A stretch of 64,000 nt of DNA. Source: a virus (taxonomy: Duplodnaviria > Heunggongvirae > Uroviricota > Caudoviricetes). The DNA lies in IMG/VR virus record IMGVR_UViG_3300032007_004072, positions 10,223 through 74,222 of that record. One strand, written 5' to 3'. The position numbers were made by a program, and so were the translations under genes. The notes beneath the pieces were generated by a model. That model had not been told where the DNA came from, did not search any database, and was given only the letters and a program-made list of their open reading frames with translations. Below, piece by piece: positions 28,367 through 35,314 of this stretch. Position 1 is the stretch's first letter; every line of letters starts with the position of its first letter.

Positions 28367-28534
28367 ATGAGAATATTATTCGCGTCAGTAATAGCAAGCA
28401 TGATTGTAGGATTTGTACAAGGAACAATATTACTTTTAGGTATAGATACAATATTCAGTACACATTATTTTTCTTTTGTAAATGCTTTTGTAGCAGGAAT
28501 AATGAGTATTGCGATAAGGAAGTTTAATTTATGA
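28367..28534 (+). CDS. small membrane protein (55 aa, 2 TM); track ORF 28283 trimmed to the ATG with the best RBS
   Basis: AGGAGAAAGAG then ATG; MRILFASVIASMIVGFVQGTILLLGIDTIFSTHYFSFVNAFVAGIMSIAI. Confidence 0.35.
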   Translation: MRILFASVIASMIVGFVQGTILLLGIDTIFSTHYFSFVNAFVAGIMSIAIRKFNL

Positions 28535-30267
28535 TAAACGCAAAATATGGAAAACCAAAAAAATTAAAAGGAATAGAACAAAGTTTATTTTTAACATTTA
28601 GATACAAACAAAATATAGTAGATGCAATAAGAAAAATAACTCCAAGATATTGGCATAATGAAGAAAAGATGTGGGAGATACCTTACGATGCTTTGTCAGA
28701 ACTTAAAGATATTCTCCCAAAAGAGGGAATAGATATTTATGGGAAGCCAATTGACAATAAAAAATATGGAGAAAAAATAGTAGATCACACAATAACTTTA
28801 CCTAAAGCATTAACTACTAAATTATATCCATATCAAAAAGAAACTTTTGATGAAGGAATGGCTTTTGATCGTTATATTTATAATCTCGACCAAGGACTTG
28901 GAAAAACTAATTGCACAATAGCTACAATACTAAAAAGAATAGAGCTAGGGCAGATAAACAAAGTACTTATACTACCAGCAATGAACCTGCTTAAGTATAC
29001 TTGGGAAAATGAAGTAAATAAGCATACAACAGGAGTTAAGTGTAAAATTTTAGGTAATAGACAGAATAGCAAAGGTATATGGCTTACTAAAGGTACAAAA
29101 GAAAAATTAGAAGATTTAAATAATCTTGAGAATGATGTTTCTATTTATGTTACTAACATTGAGTCAATTAGAGAGAAAACTATTACAGATAAGTTAGTTA
29201 AGTTAATGGATAAGGGTGTATTTAATTGTATTGTAGTAGATGAAAGTCATAAAATAGTTTCACCTTCTGCACAACAATCAAAGGCATTATTAAGATTAAC
29301 TAATCATGTTAAATATGTGTACTTACTTACTGGTACTATACTCATGAATAGACCAGATGACCTTTATATTCCACTAAAGATTACGGGAGCATTTACAGGC
29401 AATTTTAGTAATTTTAGATCTAGATATGATATACTAGGTGGGTTTGGTAATTACGAAGTCGTGGGGCATAAGCATTTAGATGAATTACAAGCAAAGCTTA
29501 TATCAGTGTCTAAAAGGCTTAGAAAAGCTGATGTACTAAAACAATTGCCCCCTAAAATTTATGTGGAAGAGTTTTTGGATATGTCAGTAAAGCAAAAGAA
29601 AATATATAAAGATGTTTTAAATGCTATTGTGGCAGATATTGATAATATTAAATTAAGTATAAATCCACTTAGTCAAATGATAAGACTTAGACAAGCAACA
29701 GCTGATACTAGTATTCTTTCTAGTACTGTAAAAGAGTCTGTTAAGTTTGATAGAGCATTAGAGTTAATACAAGAAATTATTGAACGAAACGAATCTGTCA
29801 TTGTATTTTCTTGTTGGGAAACAGTAGTATCAAATTTCAGAAAATTTCTAAGTGACAATTATTTGATTTCAGCTGTAATAACTGGTAAAATAAAGGATAG
29901 GGAAGGGCAAATTAAATACTTTAATGAAAAGGATGACTGTCATATTATAGTTGGTACGGTTGGAGCAATGGGCGTTGGGCTGACCTTAAACAAAGCATCT
30001 AATGTAATATTTTTAGATGAATCATGGAGTGCTAGTGAAAAACTTCAGTGTGAAGATCGATGTCATAGAATAGGTCAGACAGAAACTGTAACTGTAATCA
30101 CACTTGTCTGCAAACATACTATAGATGAAAATATTCACTCAATAGTAAAAAGGAAGGGTGCTCTTGGAGATGCGTTAGTGGATCATAAGTATGATCTTAA
30201 AGATGAAAAAGTATTAAATTTCCTATTAACAGGGGAAGGAGAACTAGATGAAATCAAGAGTGATTAA
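28531..30267 (+). CDS. SNF2-family helicase / DNA-dependent ATPase (578 aa)
   Basis: Motif I LDQGLGKT, DExH box IVVDESHKI, motif III LLTGTILMNRPDDLY, C-terminal helicase domain VIFLDESWSASEKLQCEDRCHRIGQT. Confidence 0.85.
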   Translation: MINAKYGKPKKLKGIEQSLFLTFRYKQNIVDAIRKITPRYWHNEEKMWEIPYDALSELKDILPKEGIDIYGKPIDNKKYGEKIVDHTITLPKALTTKLYPYQKETFDEGMAFDRYIYNLDQGLGKTNCTIATILKRIELGQINKVLILPAMNLLKYTWENEVNKHTTGVKCKILGNRQNSKGIWLTKGTKEKLEDLNNLENDVSIYVTNIESIREKTITDKLVKLMDKGVFNCIVVDESHKIVSPSAQQSKALLRLTNHVKYVYLLTGTILMNRPDDLYIPLKITGAFTGNFSNFRSRYDILGGFGNYEVVGHKHLDELQAKLISVSKRLRKADVLKQLPPKIYVEEFLDMSVKQKKIYKDVLNAIVADIDNIKLSINPLSQMIRLRQATADTSILSSTVKESVKFDRALELIQEIIERNESVIVFSCWETVVSNFRKFLSDNYLISAVITGKIKDREGQIKYFNEKDDCHIIVGTVGAMGVGLTLNKASNVIFLDESWSASEKLQCEDRCHRIGQTETVTVITLVCKHTIDENIHSIVKRKGALGDALVDHKYDLKDEKVLNFLLTGEGELDEIKSD

Positions 30268-30814
30268 CAGTAAACATATGCTAGAGCATAAAAATGGCTA
30301 TACTGGCTATACTAGTCACTTAAAGCCCAGCCTTTTCTATGGAAATCCGCAAGAAGAAAATGTAATTTGGCTACAAGATTCTCATACTAATAAAATGGCA
30401 AAATTCATATTAGATGAAGTTATAGGCGAAGAAAAAGGAATGATATGGATATATAAACCTATACAAAAGTTTATAGATAAATTTCCACATCTTGAAGGTA
30501 AAACTATAAAGATACATTTTGACATGTGGCAGACACATCCTTTTGCTATTAAAAAACGAGCAGGATTAGTAAAGAAAAAAGGATGGAAGAAAAAAGAATA
30601 TGAAGAAATAGCAAAAGAAAAAGTAAAAATGTTTAAAGAATACTTTAATATACTAGGTTATCCTATGGAAGAAACCAGTCAAGTATTTACTATAACATTT
30701 CCAGATAATACAAAACATACATTTGAAAGAGCAGTAATAAAGAAGTCTGAAATTTCAATCCCAGAATTTGTAGAATTTCATTTGTACTTGGAAAAATTTG
30801 GAATTTATCCTTGA
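30248..30814 (+). CDS. hypothetical protein (188 aa)
   Basis: ORF with GGGGAAGGAG RBS, overlapping the helicase stop. Confidence 0.55.
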   Translation: MKSRVINSKHMLEHKNGYTGYTSHLKPSLFYGNPQEENVIWLQDSHTNKMAKFILDEVIGEEKGMIWIYKPIQKFIDKFPHLEGKTIKIHFDMWQTHPFAIKKRAGLVKKKGWKKKEYEEIAKEKVKMFKEYFNILGYPMEETSQVFTITFPDNTKHTFERAVIKKSEISIPEFVEFHLYLEKFGIYP

Positions 30815-30839
30815 CAAGCACTTAAAAATGTGCTATACT
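30811..30839 (+). promoter_or_regulatory. sigma-A-like promoter: TTGACA, 17 nt, TATACT
   Basis: cTTGACAagcacttaaaaatgtgcTATACT at the 3' end of the 30248 gene. Confidence 0.5.
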
Positions 30840-30907
30840 ATGTTTATCAAATCAAAGGAGGGAAGTCAGCAAAGCAAGCCAAAAGGACTTGCTCGACTGG
30901 CGGGCGA

Positions 30908-31426
30908 ATGACTCAGAAAAAGAAAATTGTAGGAAGTTTAATCTTAGCAGGAATGCTAATTGGAAGTAATGTATTGTGGTATAACCACACAAAAGAATTA
31001 GAAGTAAAATTAGAATCAAGAAGTCAAGCAATAGAAGTATTAGATACTTCTGTTAAAAAACAAGCTGAATATGTAAATGAATTAAAAGTTGACCTTCAAT
31101 CTAAGAATGAGGAAATTTCAGAGTTAAAAGGTCAGGTACAAAAGGCACAACAATTAAGCTATAGGACAATGCAAGTAAAGGTGAGCGCATACGCTCTTAA
31201 TGATGGACTAACTCCTAATAGTGTTATGGCTAATGGTGAAGTTCCTTATGTGGGGTGTGCAGCTATGAATGGTTTACCTTTAGGGACAAGAGTTCGGTAT
31301 AATGGTCAGATTTATGTTATAAAAGACAGAGTTGCTACAGATGGAGTATTAGATATTTTTATGAATTCTGTTGCTGAATGTAATGAATTTGGTGTACGAT
31401 ATGCTACAATAGAGATTTTAGATTGA
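30908..31426 (+). CDS. membrane-anchored 3D-domain protein (YuiC/MltA-like; possible muralytic enzyme), ~172 aa; start trimmed to ATG 30908
   Basis: N-terminal TM IVGSLILAGMLIGSNVLWY, coiled coil, then 3D domain VSAYALNDGLTPNSVMANGE...VIKDRVATDGVLDIFMNSVAECNEFG with conserved Asp residues. Confidence 0.6.
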   Translation: MTQKKKIVGSLILAGMLIGSNVLWYNHTKELEVKLESRSQAIEVLDTSVKKQAEYVNELKVDLQSKNEEISELKGQVQKAQQLSYRTMQVKVSAYALNDGLTPNSVMANGEVPYVGCAAMNGLPLGTRVRYNGQIYVIKDRVATDGVLDIFMNSVAECNEFGVRYATIEILD

Positions 31427-31570
31427 GAGTTGATTAAACATGAGAGCAATGTTCTTTTGTATCTTAATAGCTTTTATTGTTATTTGGGCGTATCTATGTT
31501 TTCATTATGGTAAGGAAGTAGGTAGAGAGATAAAGAAATTTTTCAATAAGATTTTTTGAAGGAGTGCATT

Positions 31571-32455
31571 ATGGAAATTAAAAATCTTGGTGCTATTGGA
31601 ATTTTTGTTGGTATGGCAGTATGTACAGTAGGCATGTTTACTTGTGTAAATAGAATTGGCCCTGGATATGCTGGTGTAGTCTACAACATGGACGGTGGTA
31701 TTGAAAACGAAACTTTGTCACAAGGATTTCATATTGTAGCTCCATGGAAACATGTGAGTGAATATCCTATCTCTACTGAAACAGTATATTATACTAAAAA
31801 TACTGTAGACGGTAGTGATAAGGATGATAAGAAGGTAGATAAGAGTGTAAATGTTAATACTAAAGATGGTAAGCAGGTAAACACATCTGTTACTTATGCT
31901 TATCATATGGATGTAGAAAAACTACCTGCTGTTTATGCAAAGTTCAGAGGGCAAAATATTGAGTCAATTCAAAATGGCTACATGAAAAATGCTATGTATG
32001 AAGCACTTAATAATATAACTAGCCAGTATAGTCTGATGGAACTTGTAGGAGATAAACGCCCAGAGATTAATCAAAAGATATTTGAAGCGTTTAGAAATGA
32101 TTTAGAGGAATATGGCATTGTAATTGAAACTTTTAACTTATCTGATGTAGTTCCTGATGAAGCTACTGCAACTGCAATTCAAAATGTTGTGAATGCACAA
32201 AATGAACTCCAACGTGTTCGTATTGAAAAAGAACAAGCTGAAGTTGAAGCTGAAAAAGCTAGAGTTACTGCTAAAGGTAAGGCAGATGCTGCTATTATTG
32301 AAGCTGAAGGTCAAGCACAAGCTAACGCTAAATTGCAAGAATCTTTAACTGAAAATGTATTACGTCAAAGAGCAATAGAAAAATGGAATGGCGAAACTCC
32401 TAAGATTGGTGCAGGAAATAATAGTTTTATTTTGAACGCTGATTTCTTAAAATGA
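31571..32455 (+). CDS. SPFH / band-7 (prohibitin/HflC-like) membrane protein; start trimmed to ATG 31571 after GAAGGAG
   Basis: N-terminal TM; GYAGVVYNMDGGIENETLSQGFHIVAPWKHV; C-terminal EAEKARVTAKGKADAAIIEAEGQAQANAKL...RQRAIEKW. Confidence 0.8.
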   Translation: MEIKNLGAIGIFVGMAVCTVGMFTCVNRIGPGYAGVVYNMDGGIENETLSQGFHIVAPWKHVSEYPISTETVYYTKNTVDGSDKDDKKVDKSVNVNTKDGKQVNTSVTYAYHMDVEKLPAVYAKFRGQNIESIQNGYMKNAMYEALNNITSQYSLMELVGDKRPEINQKIFEAFRNDLEEYGIVIETFNLSDVVPDEATATAIQNVVNAQNELQRVRIEKEQAEVEAEKARVTAKGKADAAIIEAEGQAQANAKLQESLTENVLRQRAIEKWNGETPKIGAGNNSFILNADFLK

Positions 32456-32465
32456 GGTATATATT

Positions 32466-32948
32466 ATGTCAGATATGTTAACTTGGGCAGAAGAAGAACT
32501 TAAAAGATATAACTTTGATTTCTATGACGATAATATGAACAAAGCTGTATTAGAGGTTATAAAAACACTTGTAGATCAAGGACATACTAATATGTCAGCT
32601 TCTATTGTAATTACACTTGTAGATAGGCTTTGGAGTTGGAAACCTTTAACTCCATTAACTGGAGAAGAGGATGAGTGGTCAGATATATTAGATCCTGATG
32701 GCAATACACGGCAAAATAAAAGATATTCAGCAGTATTCAAAAATAAAGAAACTGGAGAATGTTATGATGTAGAAGGTAGAATTTTTGCTGAACCAGATGG
32801 GGTTAAATTTACCTGTAGAGAATCAAGAGTTCCAGTAGAATTTCCATACATGCCACCAGATAAGTATCCAGTGTATAAACTTAAATATAGTTCAGATGAA
32901 AAATCAGTAGAGGAACAGCTAAAAGATAATGAATATGAAATTGTATAG
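32466..32948 (+). CDS. hypothetical protein (160 aa)
   Basis: ORF tiled after the SPFH gene. Confidence 0.55.
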   Translation: MSDMLTWAEEELKRYNFDFYDDNMNKAVLEVIKTLVDQGHTNMSASIVITLVDRLWSWKPLTPLTGEEDEWSDILDPDGNTRQNKRYSAVFKNKETGECYDVEGRIFAEPDGVKFTCRESRVPVEFPYMPPDKYPVYKLKYSSDEKSVEEQLKDNEYEIV

Positions 32949-33056
32949 GTTTATGGCTATGCTTGTCATAGCTATCTTAGGAATTTTCAGTATATTATTG
33001 CTTTATCGAATTATTCCATGTCTAATTAATATGTTATTTTAAGGAGTACACTATAT

Positions 33057-33404
33057 ATGTCAGAAAATAAAATTGATTTGCTTGCCATTAAGAATGCCGA
33101 GTTGACAGCTTTAAAGAAAGAAGTAGATAAGCTAAAGGCAGAAGTAAAATCTCAAGGTGTAGGTTCATATGAAGGAAATGAATATAGAGCTATTGTAGAA
33201 GAAAGAGTATCACAAAAATTAGACCCAGAAAAAACTTTAGAAGTAGTTAAAAAGCTAAATGCAAAATGGTTACTGAAGGAGGTAGTAAATGAAGAAGCTT
33301 TGGAAGATTCTATTGCTACAGGTGAAATTGATGGTGCTGAATTTGCAGATTGTGTTATTGAGAAAAAGACTATGGCTGTCAAGTTTGTGAAGGTTAAAAA
33401 ATGA
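33057..33404 (+). CDS. hypothetical coiled-coil protein (115 aa)
   Basis: ORF with AAGGAG RBS. Confidence 0.5.
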   Translation: MSENKIDLLAIKNAELTALKKEVDKLKAEVKSQGVGSYEGNEYRAIVEERVSQKLDPEKTLEVVKKLNAKWLLKEVVNEEALEDSIATGEIDGAEFADCVIEKKTMAVKFVKVKK

Positions 33405-33517
33405 TAAAAGATGCCTATAAAGAAACATTAAAAATGCTTAAAGTCCTTGGACAAGTAGTTTTAGCAGAGTGTGGCAAGAAGCCTTCATCCTCTAAGCGAA
33501 GCGAAGGGTGGAGATGA
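33401..33517 (+). pseudogene. 5' fragment of a small membrane-protein gene interrupted by the TnpB element (MIKDAYKETLKMLKVLGQVVLAEC | then runs into the IS)
   Basis: ATG overlaps upstream stop. Deleting 33473..34836 in silico joins it in frame to 34837..35016 (see findings). Confidence 0.5.
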
Positions 33518-33581
33518 ATTGCCACAAACTACTTGCAATTATTTCTTACATATGTTACAATATAATTAGGAGGTGAGAATT

Positions 33582-34691
33582 TTGATAGTAGAAATTACTC
33601 GTGGCATGGAGTATAGGATTTATCCTACAAAAGAGCAAAGGATATTGATAAATAAAACTCTTGGTTGTAAGCGGTTTATTTACAATCATTTTCTACAGGT
33701 TCGTAGAGATGAATGGAAATTCAATCATAAAAGTGTTAATTATAGTGCTACAAATGCTATGCTTACAGACCTTAAAAAGTATGATGAGTATAGCTGGCTT
33801 AATGAAGTTGATAGTACGGCACTTCAAAATTCCCTTCGAGATTTACAAGTAGCATACGATAGATTCTTTAAAAAGATATCTAAGTATCCTAAGTTTAAGT
33901 CTAAACATGCATATTGTCAGAAATATAGAAGTCAGTGTGTAAGTAATAATATTAAATTAGTAGGTAATACAATTCAACTACCAAAGATTGGGAAAGTGAA
34001 AATCAAACTTTCTCGTGATTTGGTAGGAAAAATTGTAAATGCAACAGTTACTTGCACAGCATCTAATAAATATTATGTGTCTATTTGTGTAAAATATGAA
34101 ACAGAATTGCTTTCTAATAGTGGACATGAAATAGGTATTGATGTAGGAGTAAAAGATTTTTATGCAGATACTAATGGTAATGTGGTAAAGAATCCAAAAA
34201 TACTTGCTAAATTTGCAAAGAAATTAGCTCGTGCTCAAAGAAAATTAGTTCGTAAGAAAAAGGGTTCAGCACAATATGAAAAGCAAAGGATAAAAGTTGC
34301 TCGTATTCATGAAAAAATAAAGAATGTACGAGATGATTTTCAGCATAAATTAACTTATCACTTAACAGAAGACAATGCTTTTATAGCTATTGAGAAGTTA
34401 AACATCAAAGGCATGTTAAAGAATCACAAGTTAGCAAAAGCAATAAGTGATGTAGCATGGGGTAAGTTCTTTATTAAATTAGAATATAAAGCAAAAGAAC
34501 ATGGCGGTGTAGTAGTAAAAATACCTACATTCTACCCATCAAGTCAAACTTGTTATGAATGTGGATATAAAAATCCACTAGTAAAGAATTTACTTGTGCG
34601 AGATTGGGTATGTCCTGTATGTGGAGCGCATCATGATAGAGATAGAAATGCGGCAATAAATATTTTAGCAAAAGCAAAAGATATAGCATAA
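33582..34691 (+). CDS. tnpB: TnpB (IS605 OrfB) RNA-guided nuclease, ~369 aa; TTG start after AGGAGGTGAG (track lists GTG 33573 inside the RBS)
   Basis: N-terminal MEYRIYPTKEQRILINKTLGCKRFIYN (OrfB HTH); C-terminal Zn finger + RuvC-III: CYECGYKNPLVKNLLVRDWVCPVCGAHHDRDRNAAINIL. Confidence 0.85.
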   Translation: MIVEITRGMEYRIYPTKEQRILINKTLGCKRFIYNHFLQVRRDEWKFNHKSVNYSATNAMLTDLKKYDEYSWLNEVDSTALQNSLRDLQVAYDRFFKKISKYPKFKSKHAYCQKYRSQCVSNNIKLVGNTIQLPKIGKVKIKLSRDLVGKIVNATVTCTASNKYYVSICVKYETELLSNSGHEIGIDVGVKDFYADTNGNVVKNPKILAKFAKKLARAQRKLVRKKKGSAQYEKQRIKVARIHEKIKNVRDDFQHKLTYHLTEDNAFIAIEKLNIKGMLKNHKLAKAISDVAWGKFFIKLEYKAKEHGGVVVKIPTFYPSSQTCYECGYKNPLVKNLLVRDWVCPVCGAHHDRDRNAAINILAKAKDIA

Positions 34692-34830
34692 GAAAAATAG
34701 TACCGTAGGTCATACGGGAACTGAGGTTAGAAATAACCTCTACGCCTTTGGAGATTATGTAAGACACTGAAACTAAGGTTTTGGCGCATTAGTCGATGAA
34801 TCAGGAATCCCCCACCTCTATAGGTGGTGG
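34692..34830 (+). ncRNA. candidate TnpB omega-RNA (reRNA) scaffold, 3' portion (likely begins inside the tnpB 3' end); ends at the right-end hairpin
   Basis: GC-enriched. Stem-loops CCGTA-ggtca-TACGG, GAGGTTA-gaaa-TAACCTC, CCACCT-ctat-AGGTGG. The guide would be the sequence immediately 3' (agtgttcaatattttc...). Confidence 0.4.
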
Positions 34831-34836
34831 GAGTGT

Positions 34837-35016
34837 TCAATATTTTCAGTAATAGCATTAGTAGTAGCAACAATTACAACGTCTACTCTTTGGCTAGTAG
34901 AAACATATTTTAGCGGTAATCTTTTTTGTGCTGTTGTTGGTACTATAATAGATTTTGTATTATCAATATTTATACTTAATTTAATAATTGTATATTTGGA
35001 TAGGAAGGTGGATTAA
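34837..35016 (+). pseudogene. 3' fragment (2 TM) of the gene interrupted by the TnpB element: SIFSVIALVVATITTSTLWLVETYFSGNLFCAVVGTIIDFVLSIFILNLIIVYLDRKVD*
   Basis: Open frame with no start codon of its own. In frame with the 33401 fragment once the IS is removed. Confidence 0.5.
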
Positions 35017-35232
35017 TTGCCAAAAGTAAATTCTATACATTGTGTTAGTTCTAGGACTATGAAAATTAAGGATGAATTCTATAAATTTGAGGTTGGCTAT
35101 GATGCTAATGTTGAAGATCTTAAAGATGAAGATGTAGATGACTATATTGCTAGTCTTTATGAAAGAGCAAATGCTTTAGTGGATGATCAGGCCGAAGAAA
35201 CTGTTAAGTCATTAACTCCAAATGAGGATTGA
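35017..35232 (+). CDS. small acidic protein (71 aa), TTG start
   Basis: GGAAGGTGGA RBS; ORF from track. Confidence 0.45.
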   Translation: MPKVNSIHCVSSRTMKIKDEFYKFEVGYDANVEDLKDEDVDDYIASLYERANALVDDQAEETVKSLTPNED

Positions 35233-35257
35233 CAAATAAATAAATTTATGGTATAAT
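35229..35257 (+). promoter_or_regulatory. sigma-A-like promoter: TTGACA, 17 nt, TATAAT; -10 region identical to the 15991 promoter
   Basis: aTTGACAaataaataaatttatggTATAATataattagaga. Confidence 0.65.
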
Positions 35258-35276
35258 ATAATTAGAGAACAAATAT

Positions 35277-35303
35277 GCAAGGCAAGATGTCTTGCTTTTT
35301 GTT
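35277..35303 (+). terminator. terminator-type hairpin + U-tract in the nrdD 5' leader (candidate attenuator)
   Basis: AAGGCAAG-atgt-CTTGCTTT then TTTTTGTTTTAT, ~20 nt after the predicted TSS and upstream of the nrdD RBS. Confidence 0.5.
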
Positions 35304-35314
35304 TTATGTAAAAA

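Larger units (their letters stand above)
33473..34836 (+). mobile_element. TnpB-only IS200/IS605-family element (~1.36 kb) inserted into a small gene; both junctions carry GAGTGT
   Basis: Left flank ...gcaGAGTGT|ggcaagaagcc; right junction ...GGTGGTGG GAGTGT|tcaatatt. Right-end hairpin CCACCT-CTAT-AGGTGG; left-end region contains the GCGAAGC mini-hairpin. Confidence 0.6.

Noticed and set aside
33497-33503. GCGAAGC mini-hairpin and CCTTC...GAAGG stem at the TnpB left end as a separate regulatory element
   Set aside because: Best explained as part of the IS200/IS605 left-end subterminal secondary structure. No independent evidence for another function.
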